Notes: a model not told the origin generated them from the letters alone. A DNA stretch of 64,000 nucleotides from an uncultured delta proteobacterium (GCA_963706575.1 CAVPNL010000004.1:192001-256000), one strand, 5' to 3'; positions 1 to 11,140 are shown, counted from the first letter of the stretch. Translations and numbers: made by a program.

Positions 1-105
1 AGAAGCGGCCGCCGGCCGCAATACCACCCCGGACACACCCAATCTGAGACCGCCAATGTGACTCTGCTGCTATTAAAAAAAAGTGCACAATTGCCGTTAT
101 TAAAA

Positions 106-133
106 TTGACATCAAACCGGAGTATGCTATAAT
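106..133 (+). promoter_or_regulatory. sigma70-type promoter upstream of the sigma54 activator gene
   Basis: TTGACA(106-111)-N16-TATAAT(128-133) with TG extended -10. Confidence 0.7.
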
Positions 134-329
134 CCGTATACAAAAGTGAATATAGGCTCTTATGGCTTTTTTGCGGTGTTGAAAAGAAAAAAACCTTTAA
201 AATATATATAAGACTTTGTTTTTTAATATAAAAATTAAATTAAATCACTGGTTAAAAAAATATCAGCATGATATAAAATGATTCAAATTCAGACAAAATC
301 ATTCCATTGTTGGGTTAGGGTGTATAAAA

Positions 330-1832
330 ATGGATAACAACCTAAAGCATGCGGGGACGTCTATTGATCGCCTGAAAGAAATCTCTACCTGGGTATCATC
401 GGTACAGGACCTGGATCAACTGCTTGAACTGATCATCGAAACGGCTACACGGATGATGGATGCAAAAGCCAGTTCGCTGTTGCTTTTGGATCCCAAAACC
501 CAAAGATTGTATTTCAAAGTGGCCACCGGTGAAAAAAAAGATGACGTCAAGCAGTTTGAAATCGACCTGGGTCAGGGCATTGCGGGCCATGTGGCCCAGA
601 CAGGCGAGCCGCTGTTGATTCCAAATGTTTCCAAGGACCCGCGCTGGTATAAAGAAATCAGTGAAAGCATCGGGTTTGAAACCCGTTCGATTGCCTGTGT
701 TCCTATGAAAGTCCGGGGAGAAATTATCGGTGTTGTTGAAATTATTGACAAGACCGACGGCAGTGAGATAACAGATGCCGATTTAAAAATTTTATCCGTC
801 TTTGCCGAACTTGCTGCCGTGGCCATCGGGAATGCCCGCAAAATCGAACACGATAAAAAGGAAATCAGGGATCTCAAAGAGAAACTGGATCTTAAATATG
901 AACTGATTGGAGAAAGCCCGGCACTTACAAAAGTCATTTCCGATGCGGTCAAGGTGGCGAACTCGAAAGCCAGCACCTTAATATTGGGAGAAAGCGGCAC
1001 CGGCAAAGAATTGCTCGCCCGTTTGATTCACCGCGTGGGGTCAAGGAAAGACGAGCCGATGATCGTGCTCAATTGCGCCGCCTTGCCGGAATCATTGCTT
1101 GAAGATGAGCTTTTCGGCCATGAGAAAGGCGCCTATACCGGTGCAACCGGCCGCAAGATTGGAAAATTTGAACTTGCCGACAAAGGGACGATTTTTCTTG
1201 ATGAAATCGGCGAAATGAGTCCGGGCATGCAATCCAAGCTGCTGCGCATTTTGCAGGAGGGTGTATTTTACCGTGTGGGTGGCAATAAATCAATCCCGGT
1301 GGATGTTCGCGTCATCGCAGCGACTAACCGAAATATCGTCGAAGATGTCACTGAAGGAAGGTTTCGTGAAGACCTTTACTACCGACTGAATGTCGTCCAA
1401 ATTCAAATGCCCCCTGTTCGGGAGAGAAAAGAAGATATCCCGTTGTTGGCTGATTATTTTTTAAACATGTTTAAGCTGGAACGGGGAATGTCGAATCTAA
1501 CCATATCGAAAAAAGCGCTGGATGCCATGATTCAATATGATTGGCCCGGAAATGTGCGCGAAATGAAAAACGCCATCGAAAGAGCCGTCGTCATGGGAAA
1601 CGGCGGGGCAATCATGCCGGAAGATTTGCCTCAATTTGCCGCCAAACCCAGTTACCCGGGAATGAAAGTTGGATTGACGTTAAAAGAGGCCATCGACTTT
1701 TTTAAAAAGGAATTCATCACCCTGAACCTCAGGCATACCGGCGGTAATAGAAGTTTAGCAGCCAAAAATATGAATATCCAAAGAACCTATTTGTCTCGCC
1801 TCATCGGCCGGTACGACCTGATAGACACATGA
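330..1832 (+). CDS. GAF-domain sigma54-dependent transcriptional activator (NifA-like architecture)
   Basis: N-terminal GAF, Walker A GESGTGKE, ELFGHEKGAYTGA loop, FLDEIGE, WPGNVRE, C-terminal Fis-type HTH. Confidence 0.93.
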   Translation: MDNNLKHAGTSIDRLKEISTWVSSVQDLDQLLELIIETATRMMDAKASSLLLLDPKTQRLYFKVATGEKKDDVKQFEIDLGQGIAGHVAQTGEPLLIPNVSKDPRWYKEISESIGFETRSIACVPMKVRGEIIGVVEIIDKTDGSEITDADLKILSVFAELAAVAIGNARKIEHDKKEIRDLKEKLDLKYELIGESPALTKVISDAVKVANSKASTLILGESGTGKELLARLIHRVGSRKDEPMIVLNCAALPESLLEDELFGHEKGAYTGATGRKIGKFELADKGTIFLDEIGEMSPGMQSKLLRILQEGVFYRVGGNKSIPVDVRVIAATNRNIVEDVTEGRFREDLYYRLNVVQIQMPPVRERKEDIPLLADYFLNMFKLERGMSNLTISKKALDAMIQYDWPGNVREMKNAIERAVVMGNGGAIMPEDLPQFAAKPSYPGMKVGLTLKEAIDFFKKEFITLNLRHTGGNRSLAAKNMNIQRTYLSRLIGRYDLIDT

Positions 1833-1954
1833 AACTGTTTTGGAATCATTAAAATCGTGTTATGGTGTTTGGAAAACCATTAGGGACAAATATGGTCAAA
1901 GCCCCACCGTTGATCAAACCATGCCCCCCCGTCATTGAATAAAGGCAAAATCTA

Positions 1955-2551
1955 ATGGAAAAAAACAGCATTTTATTAGTAGATGATGACCCGTTTATTC
2001 TGGAAGGTATTGCAGCAGATTTAGAGAACCAGGGTTTTAAGGTAACCAAGGCCGACAGCGGCGACCGCGCCCTGGAATTGCTCGCAGAAACCGATTTTGA
2101 TCTGGTGATAACGGATCTGGTCATGGAAAATATCGACGGAATACAGGTTTTAAAAAAAGCCAAAGATCTCAATGCACACACGATGGTCATTATCCTTACC
2201 GGTTACGGCAATATTCAATCCGCCATTGAAGCTTTGCGGCACGAAGCCGATGACTATTTACTGAAACCCTGCGAGTCGGCAGAAATGCTTTACCGGGTCA
2301 ATCAATGTCTGGCTAAAGCGGAGCTTTCGCGAAAAATAACGCTTTATCAGACCATACTGCCGATGTGCTGCGTATGTAAAAAAATAAGGGACGACCGCCG
2401 GACGGAGCCCGGTAAGGGAGATTGGGTTGCGGTTGAACAATTTATCCACGATAGGGCTAACCTGGATATTACCTCCAGCTACTGCCCGGAATGCGCCCAG
2501 CAGACCATGGAGACCTTTACAAATCATCAGGCTACTCAAACCAAAAAATAG
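1955..2551 (+). CDS. response regulator receiver with C-terminal Cys-rich domain
   Basis: LLVDDD, DLVITDLVM, LTGYG, YLLKP; tail LPMCCVCKKIRDD...SYCPEC. Confidence 0.88.
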   Translation: MEKNSILLVDDDPFILEGIAADLENQGFKVTKADSGDRALELLAETDFDLVITDLVMENIDGIQVLKKAKDLNAHTMVIILTGYGNIQSAIEALRHEADDYLLKPCESAEMLYRVNQCLAKAELSRKITLYQTILPMCCVCKKIRDDRRTEPGKGDWVAVEQFIHDRANLDITSSYCPECAQQTMETFTNHQATQTKK

Positions 2552-2623
2552 CTGTCTGAGATTCGATTAGACTCCCCGGTAGACAAAAACTTGAAGTTAT
2601 CTTAAATGTAGTAGATCACCTAG

Positions 2624-2732
2624 TTAGGTTGACCGGTTGAGCCTGTTTAGGCCGTTGAAATAGCAAAAACGTCTCTTTCTATCTTTCTTACCGGCTAATG
2701 GGCTAACCGGTAACAGCACAAGGCGCTTAACC
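2624..2732. repeat. degenerate short-unit inverted repeat (GGTT(G/A)ACC / AACCGG-type units)
   Basis: left arm ggttgaccggttgagcctgtttaggccgtt, right arm taccggctaatgggctaaccgg...ttaaccg. Confidence 0.45.
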
Positions 2733-2759
2733 GATAAGAGTACGGAGGTAGAGATTAAA

Positions 2760-3614
2760 ATGGTCCGAAAAATTCTCATACCATTTGTCATCATACTGCT
2801 AATGGTGGCATCGGCAGCAATTGGATCCGCGACAGTAGAATGGGAGGTCCTCAATACACTTAAGCTGGACGCTCCACCGCTGGATGTGGCAATTTCCCCC
2901 GATGGTAAGACTGTCTTTGTTTTGACCCATGAAGGCAACATTCATATTTATGAAGTCAACGGCCGCCTCACAGATAAAATTGAAGTCGGTGAAAAAATCG
3001 ATCAGATTAAGCTCGGCCCAAAAGGAACGCACCTGTTTGCAACCAGTCGGCAAAACAAAGCAATTAAGGTCATTGCGCTTGATTTTATCAAACAAATATC
3101 GACCAATGGGTCGCCTTACAAAGGTCTCGTGGATGCACCGGTTGTCATTGCCGACTTCAGTGATTTTGAATGACAATACTGTGCGAGGCTTGCGCCTCTG
3201 CTCGAGCAGGTGCTCGAGAAAAACCCCAAGACGGTCAAAATTGTTTTTAAAAATTTTCCGATTCGCAACCACAAGTTTGCTATTCAAGCCGCTGTAGCAG
3301 CACTGGCTGCAGATCGTCAGGGAAAATTTTGGGATTTCCACGATGAACTGTTTAAACAATACAACAAGCTTAATGAAGAAAAAGTCCAGGAAATTGCAGC
3401 GAAACTCAAGCTGGATAAAGCGCAATTTGAAAAAGACAGGAAAGACCCCTTACTGATGGAACAAATCAAGTATGATTATAATGAAGCCATCGGGATAGGA
3501 GTACGCAGCGTTCCATCGGTATTTGTTAACGGGAGAAAACTAAAAGACAGAAGCCTGAATGGATTTCAGGCCCTAATTGATAAAGAATTAGAAAGCCTTA
3601 AGCAAAAAAAATAA
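2760..3614 (+). CDS. exported DsbA/DsbG-like thioredoxin-fold selenoprotein (UxxC), 284 aa with UGA read as Sec
   Basis: ORFs 2760-3173 and 3210-3614 are in the same frame; readthrough of TGA 3171-3173 gives DFSDFE-U-QYC-ARLAP, matching the FSDFxCPxC motif, plus KNFPI and cis-Pro RSVPS; N-terminal signal peptide. Confidence 0.88.
3183..3218 (+). promoter_or_regulatory. candidate bacterial SECIS element(s)
   Basis: hairpin GCGAGGC-TTGC-GCCTC(T)GC (3183-3201) and hairpin CTCGAGC-AGGT-GCTCGAG (3201-3218) just 3' of the in-frame TGA. Confidence 0.65.
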
Positions 3615-3642
3615 AGGTCACCACCGTCGCTTAATCTGGCAA

Positions 3643-3768
3643 CTGGTTAAATGGTCAAATCGTCGAGTGGTTAATTAGGTAAGGAATATTGTCCTTTTTG
3701 ACGGTTCAACCATTTGACCATTTGACGAACCACCAATTTACTAATTGACCAATCGACCAATTCACTAT
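3643..3768. repeat. 8-nt-unit inverted repeat element (TGGTYAAA / TTTGACCA)
   Basis: tggttaaa-tggtcaaa-tcgtcgag-tggttaat followed by complementary units accatttg-accatttg...accaattt-actaattg-accaatcg-accaattc. Confidence 0.65.
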
Positions 3769-3803
3769 TCAACGCTTTCAACAAAAAAGAACCCGCCTGA
3801 ATC

Positions 3804-5456
3804 TTACGACCGATTTCGGTCTTGAGAATTTTTCAAAGATGCCCCGATAAAATCTCGAAATAGCGGATGCGGTTCCATCGGTCGGGATTTGAATTCCGGG
3901 TGAAATTGACACCCCAGAAACCAGGGATGATCACCGATTTCGATGATCTCCACCAGTTCACCGTTAGGCGAAGTCCCGCTGATGACCATTCCCGCTTCCT
4001 TCAACCGATCCAAATAGTCGTTGTTGAATTCATAACGGTGGCGGTGCCGTTCGGATATCTCTTTTTTTTGATAAGCCTGGTAGGCAAAAGAATGGGTTTC
4101 AATGCGGCAGCTGTAAGCGCCCAATCGCATCGTCGCACCTTTATCAGACAAATCATCACGTCGCTGAACGGTCTGACTCCTTTCATCAAACCATTCGCGC
4201 ATCAAGTAAATGACCGCATGGGCCGTATCAGGATCAAACTCCGAACTGTTTGCGTTTTCCAGACCGGCAACATGCCGGGCAAATTCAATGACGGCAATTT
4301 GCATCCCCAAACAAATGCCAAAGTACGGCACATTTTTGACCCGTGCGAAATTGGCAGCGCATATCTTGCCTTCAATGCCACGTTCCCCAAATCCCCCGGG
4401 CACCAGGATGCCGTCCGCATCAGCCAGCATCTGGTTGCAGGTTGCGCTGTCCAGTTTCTCGGAATCAACGAAGTTCAGATTGACCTTGGAGTCGTTGGCG
4501 ATCCCCCCATGATACAGCGCTTCATTCAGGCTTTTATAGGATTCAGTGAGATCAACATATTTACCGACGACAGCAATGGCCACCGAATGCTTGGGTGCCT
4601 TGATTTTCCTAATGAGTTCCTCCCAGTTCTCCAGTTGAGGGTTCCGCGTCCAGATATTGAGTAACTCAATAATTTTGTCATCCAAACCTTCTTGATGAAA
4701 GATAAGGGGAACTTCATAAATATGATCCACATCTTTGGCCGTTATGACCTCTTCAACGCCGACATTGCAAAAAAGGGCAATTTTCGCCTTGATGTCTTTG
4801 GACAGGAATCTGTCGGTGCGGCATAGAAGAATGTCGGGCTGGATGCCGATACTTCTCAGCTCTTTAACACTGTGCTGGGTCGGCTTGGTTTTGACTTCAC
4901 CGGCGGTGCCGATATAGGGTACCAGCGTTAGATGAATATAGAGCGAATTAGCTTTGCCCACATCTGCTCTAAATTGTCGAATTGCCTCTAAAAATGGCAG
5001 ACTTTCAATGTCACCGATCGTGCCGCCGATTTCGACAATGACCACATCAACATCGTCAGCGGCCAGTTTGATACTGTTTTTGATTTCATCTGTAATGTGC
5101 GGGATGACCTGCACGGTTCCACCCAGGTATTCCCCTTGGCGCTCTTTGGTAATGACGGAATGATAAATTTTACCGGTGGTAAAATTGTTGTCTTTGCCCA
5201 ATCTGGCGTGGGTGAAACGTTCATAGTGGCCCAGGTCAAGATCGGTTTCAGTTCCATCATCGGTCACAAACACCTCGCCATGCTGAAAGGGATTCATCGT
5301 TCCCGGATCCACATTTATATAGGGATCCAGTTTTTGGATGGTCACGGTTAAGCCCCGGCTTTCCATCAAAGCGCCAATGGCAGCCGATGCAAGCCCTTTG
5401 CCAAGGGATGAAAGCACACCACCGGTTACAAAAATATATTTTGTGTCTTTTGCCAT
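3804..5456 (-). CDS. pyrG: CTP synthase
   Basis: [45 protein letters not shown]. Confidence 0.99.
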   Translation of the reverse strand: MAKDTKYIFVTGGVLSSLGKGLASAAIGALMESRGLTVTIQKLDPYINVDPGTMNPFQHGEVFVTDDGTETDLDLGHYERFTHARLGKDNNFTTGKIYHSVITKERQGEYLGGTVQVIPHITDEIKNSIKLAADDVDVVIVEIGGTIGDIESLPFLEAIRQFRADVGKANSLYIHLTLVPYIGTAGEVKTKPTQHSVKELRSIGIQPDILLCRTDRFLSKDIKAKIALFCNVGVEEVITAKDVDHIYEVPLIFHQEGLDDKIIELLNIWTRNPQLENWEELIRKIKAPKHSVAIAVVGKYVDLTESYKSLNEALYHGGIANDSKVNLNFVDSEKLDSATCNQMLADADGILVPGGFGERGIEGKICAANFARVKNVPYFGICLGMQIAVIEFARHVAGLENANSSEFDPDTAHAVIYLMREWFDERSQTVQRRDDLSDKGATMRLGAYSCRIETHSFAYQAYQKKEISERHRHRYEFNNDYLDRLKEAGMVISGTSPNGELVEIIEIGDHPWFLGCQFHPEFKSRPMEPHPLFRDFIGASLKNSQDRNRS

Positions 5457-5552
5457 CTTCTCCCCTCACTCAGTTCCATATTCAATAATTAATCGTCATT
5501 CTGACCATTAGCATTCAAAATGCCGTCTGATATTTGCCCGATCACCAGGGCC

Positions 5553-5597
5553 AAAAAAGCGAAAAAGCCCTTGGTGCGATGCCCAAAGGGCCTTTCG
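5553..5597 (-). terminator. intrinsic terminator-like hairpin upstream of pyrG
   Basis: minus strand CGAAAGGCCCTTTGG-GCATCGCA-CCAAGGGCTTTTTCG then CTTTTTT. Confidence 0.6.
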
Positions 5598-5766
5598 TAG
5601 CAGGCAAATATCAATTTTTGGATTGTGCAGAATTTTAAAATGGGCGCTGCCTTTCTATTAAGGTAGGAATTGCAAAAGTGTTTTTTTTAACTACGTAGTT
5701 TCTCAAAAAACAGGACAAATTGCAATATTAAAATTGGACCAGGGGAGCCGAATTTTCTGCCATTTT

Positions 5767-6843
5767 TTATTCAAATATTTTTTTGAATTCCTCGATTGTT
5801 TTTTGAACCTCGCTTAAACCCTCGCTCTCACCAGTCCGGTTCGGCGTTTCCGCACGTTCGCGGTATTCCAATTTCAGACGCACAATATCAAAGACGTCTT
5901 TTGAAAAGTTCGGGTTGATCTGATAATCATCAACTTCAATTGACCGCACGATCACGCCGTCTTGAATAAACTCAATTAGCATCGGGTAACTTATTTTCCC
6001 GATCTGTTGCCAGTTCGAATACCGAATTTCAAGAAAACCCGCTCGATTGCTGTACGGGCTTTTCTCCCCGAAGACAATGATACCCAGTGGCTGGAAGGTT
6101 TCCTTATCGATCCATACCTGGGGAACCGTCTGATCGGGAAATTCGGCTCCGACCACAAGTGCAAGCCGGCTATCAAATCTTCCCAGGCTCGATACGGAAA
6201 TATCGATACCCAGATTCGACAGGCGCTCAGAAAGTCCTTCTCTCGATCGATAGAGCAGCAGGTCCTTGTAAACATCAAATTGCGATTCAGCGGCGTCTGA
6301 AATAACCCCGTCTATCACCGTAATCGTCTGCCCTTGATTGGATACAAATACCCGCTGATTTGACTCAGAAACGATATCGGATCGAAACGCCTCCGAAAAT
6401 ACATATTTAATCGACTCGTCTAATTGAATGGTCTCGATCAACTCGGGTGATGGCACCGTTTGATCCGGCACTGCTGGCTGACCGTCCCTTAAATTTGCTG
6501 AATCGTTGACCTCATCAAGGCTGTCATTTTTACTCAGAGAATCCGGCTGAGTCACCTCTGCCTCATCATGGGGAGGCGTCGCCTGCTCGTGGCCCGGACC
6601 GGTTGAAACAGTTTGCATCTCCCCTTCTCTATCATCTGCAGGAACCACTTGAGGCTGCGGCGCAACATTGTAAAAAATTACTCTTTGAGAAACAGAAAGG
6701 CTCTGGGCTTGGCCCAGTTTCTCGGTCATTAACTGAATGATATGAGGCCCCTGAAGCACGTATGATTGCAGAATGGTGGGCGCCAGCACGATCAGGACCA
6801 GGCTTAACGCCGTCCCGGCAATTATTTTTAAAACAACAGTCAT
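5767..6843 (-). CDS. exported LolA-like / lipoprotein-sorting-fold protein with acidic Pro-rich insert
   Basis: start reset to MTVVLK after AAGGAG at the end of eno; hydrophobic N-terminus; C-terminal QVWIDKETFQP...IRYSNWQQIGKISYP...INPNFSKDVF pattern. Confidence 0.6.
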   Translation of the reverse strand: MTVVLKIIAGTALSLVLIVLAPTILQSYVLQGPHIIQLMTEKLGQAQSLSVSQRVIFYNVAPQPQVVPADDREGEMQTVSTGPGHEQATPPHDEAEVTQPDSLSKNDSLDEVNDSANLRDGQPAVPDQTVPSPELIETIQLDESIKYVFSEAFRSDIVSESNQRVFVSNQGQTITVIDGVISDAAESQFDVYKDLLLYRSREGLSERLSNLGIDISVSSLGRFDSRLALVVGAEFPDQTVPQVWIDKETFQPLGIIVFGEKSPYSNRAGFLEIRYSNWQQIGKISYPMLIEFIQDGVIVRSIEVDDYQINPNFSKDVFDIVRLKLEYRERAETPNRTGESEGLSEVQKTIEEFKKIFE

Positions 6844-6847
6844 TTTG

Positions 6848-8146
<1,299 letters not shown>

Positions 8147-8285
8147 TTAAAAAAGTCCGGCTGCTTGAACAAATATTAAAGAAATGTTACTCTGCAATAG
8201 CGTTGATGTCAAGTATGGCCGGCGGCGCTGAAGCCTACTTCTCGAAGTAAAACCCGGAAAAGGCGCAAAGGAAGATCGGACAAAT

Positions 8286-8702
8286 ATGAAAGATAGAAGT
8301 AAAAATTCATATACAACAGCGCACCTGTTTGTATCGGCCATCCGGGTCTGGGAATATCAAAACGATACCCCCCCGGCATTAGAAGAAATAAGTCATATGC
8401 TGGCGATGTCAATTGAACGCACCAATTATATCTGCCGAAAACTGAAGGAAATGGGAATTGTCGACAGCGTCGAGGGGTCATTTGGAAATCGGCTGTTTAT
8501 CCGTGACCATTTGAGAATCGAAGAAATCCCGCGCGAAGATGATGAAAGCAAACTGGAAGAGGAACTTAAGAAATTTAAAGAATCCCAGAAAGGGCTTTCA
8601 CAAAAAATTGAAACCATTCAGGCCAAACAGGCACAGAAGAAAAAAGATCTGTTTGCCGAAATGGAGAAAAAACTTAAACAGGAACTGGATAAAAAAGTAT
8701 AA
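8286..8702 (+). CDS. hypothetical protein, winged-helix-like N-terminus and coiled-coil C-terminus
   Basis: PPALEEISHMLAMSIERTNYICRKLKEMGIV resembles wHTH; K/E-rich tail. Confidence 0.6.
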   Translation: MKDRSKNSYTTAHLFVSAIRVWEYQNDTPPALEEISHMLAMSIERTNYICRKLKEMGIVDSVEGSFGNRLFIRDHLRIEEIPREDDESKLEEELKKFKESQKGLSQKIETIQAKQAQKKKDLFAEMEKKLKQELDKKV

Positions 8703-8720
8703 AAGTGAATGGGGATTTAA

Positions 8721-9191
8721 ATGGACATTGGTAGGCCCGGTCAACAACAGACCTATTATCGCAAAGTGATTCGCAAGGATCATGACCAGATATCCCTTGA
8801 TGCGGACATGATACGCCTGCTTATCGCCATCGATGAAAATAAGAGTCTGTATCAAATTGCCGATGAAGTCGATATGGGAGCCGACACACTGAAAACAAAT
8901 TTAAAAAAGTTGCTGCAACAGGGGCTAATTGAGCCCGTAAAAAAGGATCTGCCCGTTCTGGATAGGATTTTTTTACAGGCGCTTAAAATCAATCTATCGA
9001 AGGTGATCGGCCCCATGTCTGAAATTTTAATCGAAGAGGTCGTGTCGGAAATGGAATTAACCGGCCCCGGAATTCCGGTAGACCAGGCAGCGGAATTGAT
9101 TACATCGTTATCTCATGAAATACCCGATGATGGAAAGCGAATCGAATTTAAAAAATCCATGATGGATATCTTAAATAAAAAGCGAACCTAA
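8721..9191 (+). CDS. winged-HTH protein with C-terminal IGPM helical domain
   Basis: SLYQIADEVDMGADTLKTNLKKLLQQGLIE; LSKVIGPMSEILIEE...AELITSLSHEIPD. Confidence 0.65.
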   Translation: MDIGRPGQQQTYYRKVIRKDHDQISLDADMIRLLIAIDENKSLYQIADEVDMGADTLKTNLKKLLQQGLIEPVKKDLPVLDRIFLQALKINLSKVIGPMSEILIEEVVSEMELTGPGIPVDQAAELITSLSHEIPDDGKRIEFKKSMMDILNKKRT

Positions 9192-9208
9192 ACGGAGGAA
9201 TACTAACC

Positions 9209-10555
9209 ATGATGGACATTAGTTGTGATGCCTGTGGGAAAAAATATCGAGTTGATGAAACGAAGATGAAAGGCGAACAAGCCAAGGTTAAATGCAAAGC
9301 CTGCGATAACATCATGGTCGTAAACAAGCCAGCACCCGAACCTGCTGATGAACCTTCATTTCCTCCTGAAATACCTGAACCTGTGGAATCTCAGGCAGCA
9401 CAAGTACCTGAGCGTGCCATTGAACGGCCGGCAGCACAACGCCGGGAGCCTGAAGACATCCCCACGCCAATTTACGGCGGCCAGAAGGTCCGATTCGGCC
9501 TGTTTGGTAAAATAATCACCGTCATGCTCATTGTCAGTTTGTTGCCGTTTGCAATTTTCTGGGGAATCACGCTGCGGGAAACCAATGAACGCATTCGCAC
9601 GGACACCGAGGCATTGATGGCGCAAACAGCCCGGGGGCTGGGAAATCAGGTTGATGGCTGGATCGATAACAATGTGTCCATTCTGCGCACCGCAGCCAAA
9701 CTTTCAGAAATCACCACCATGGATGGGATACAACAAAAGCCGATTCTGGAAACGATTCAAAAACAATACCCGTGGATGTATCTGGTGTTTACCGTTGGCA
9801 CCGATGGCATAAATGTTGCCAGGAGTGACGATGTGCCGCTTAAGGACTACTCTGACCGACAATATTACAAAGATATTATGCGCGGCAAAAACCTCAGCTG
9901 GCAGACACTGATCGGAAAGACCTCCAAAAAACCGGCCCTTGTTCTATCAGTGCCCATCAAATCAGATGATCAAACCATTGGTGTCATGGCAGCCGCAATG
10001 ACCGTTGACGACATATCCAAAAACATTGCCACATGGAAAACCGGAAAGACCGGTCATGCCTTTTTGGTGGATGAGAAAGGCTATGTGGTCTCCCATCCCA
10101 ACCGGCAGTACGTGGCCAAACGCGAAAACCTAAACAGCCATCCTCTCATTGCCAATTATCGTAAAAAGGGTTGGACCACCATCACCACTCGATTTACCAC
10201 CTTGAACGACCAACCGGCCGTTGGTCATGTGCGCAGCAATAATTACGGGTGGGCACTGGCTTTGCAGCAGGAAGAAAGTGAGGTATTTTCGGCGCTGAAC
10301 CGGGTGCAAAAGTTTGCGCTGACCTTGCTGGGGTGTACCATTTTACTGGTATCCGTTATCGCCTGGTTTTCCGCCCGGGCAATCGTGACGCCGGTAATGA
10401 AATTGACCGATGCCGCCGAACGCATGAGCCTGGGCGAGCTGAATGTAAAAATTGATATTAAATCCAGAGATGAGATCGGTTTGCTGGCACAGGCGATTGG
10501 ACGCATGCAGACCAGCTTAAGGCTGGCGATGAATCGCCTCCGACGCAAACGCTAA
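9209..10555 (+). CDS. zinc-ribbon (MJ0042-like) + TM + Cache + TM + HAMP protein without output domain
   Basis: CDAC...CKAC; two hydrophobic segments; DYSDRQYY and GHAFLVDEKG Cache motifs; HAMP PVMKL...DEIGLLA at the C-terminus. Confidence 0.85.
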   Translation: MMDISCDACGKKYRVDETKMKGEQAKVKCKACDNIMVVNKPAPEPADEPSFPPEIPEPVESQAAQVPERAIERPAAQRREPEDIPTPIYGGQKVRFGLFGKIITVMLIVSLLPFAIFWGITLRETNERIRTDTEALMAQTARGLGNQVDGWIDNNVSILRTAAKLSEITTMDGIQQKPILETIQKQYPWMYLVFTVGTDGINVARSDDVPLKDYSDRQYYKDIMRGKNLSWQTLIGKTSKKPALVLSVPIKSDDQTIGVMAAAMTVDDISKNIATWKTGKTGHAFLVDEKGYVVSHPNRQYVAKRENLNSHPLIANYRKKGWTTITTRFTTLNDQPAVGHVRSNNYGWALALQQEESEVFSALNRVQKFALTLLGCTILLVSVIAWFSARAIVTPVMKLTDAAERMSLGELNVKIDIKSRDEIGLLAQAIGRMQTSLRLAMNRLRRKR

Positions 10556-10706
10556 AAGAGGAGCACTCCGCGCACTTCCTGTGCTCCGTTTAAGGAGCGC
10601 TTCGCTCGATGAGCGCTTCGCTTGAGGTAAAAGGCAAGACAAAGATGGAATCTCTCAAACCTAAAGGTCCGCAGGACCGCTCCTCAAGGCCTGAAAGGCC
10701 ACTCTT
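10556..10706. repeat. palindromic intergenic element of GAGCGCTTCGCT-type hairpin units
   Basis: gagcgcttcgctcgat-gagcgcttcgcttgagg on the left; cctaaag-gtccgcaggac-cgctc and cctcaag-gcctgaaaggc-cactc on the right; between convergent genes. Confidence 0.55.
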
Positions 10707-11140
10707 TAGTTTGTAGTGCCGATGATGGTGACTTCGATGGTGCGTTGACGGGCCCGCTTGTCATGGTTGAGGGCCACAACCTGCTGCCAGGTTCCCAGCT
10801 TCAGGCGCCCTTTTCGAATCGGCAAGGCAATTGAGGGCCCCAATAGCGCGGCCTGCACATGACTGTGCCCGTTGCCGTCATGCCAAGCCTTTTCATGCTC
10901 ATATTCCAGGCCCGGTGGCGCCAGGCGATTGACAGCTGCCATTAGATCTCTGACCACCCCGGGTTCATATTCGATGGTCGTCAAAGAACCTGTCGACCCC
11001 ACTATTGTGGCTGACAGATTTCCATTCTCAACCCGCAAATCATCTAACAATTGCTCCAGCGCCGGTGTAATGTCACGGATGTCAGGCCCCGTATCCAGAC
11101 TGACTTTTACAGATTCATAAAAAATAGATAACGATTTCAT
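10706..11140 (-). CDS. YjbQ (UPF0047) family protein
   Basis: GSTGSLTTIEYEPG, HDGNGHSHVQAALLGPS, LGTWQ; start reset to MKSLS after AAGGAGA. Confidence 0.92.
   Translation of the reverse strand: MKSLSIFYESVKVSLDTGPDIRDITPALEQLLDDLRVENGNLSATIVGSTGSLTTIEYEPGVVRDLMAAVNRLAPPGLEYEHEKAWHDGNGHSHVQAALLGPSIALPIRKGRLKLGTWQQVVALNHDKRARQRTIEVTIIGTTN

Noticed and set aside
1..70. GC-rich stretch at the window start as an RNA gene or CDS end
   Set aside because: Too short; no tRNA or other recognisable motif and no assignable reading frame
3171..3173. TGA as a true stop or nonsense mutation giving two genes
   Set aside because: It sits at the catalytic Cys position, the frame continues with family-consistent residues, and hairpins follow
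3867..4664. 265-aa ORF and similar long antisense ORFs (2799-3425, 41491-42114, 46839-47639, 48860-49618)
   Set aside because: Shadow frames opposite well-supported genes, with no motifs
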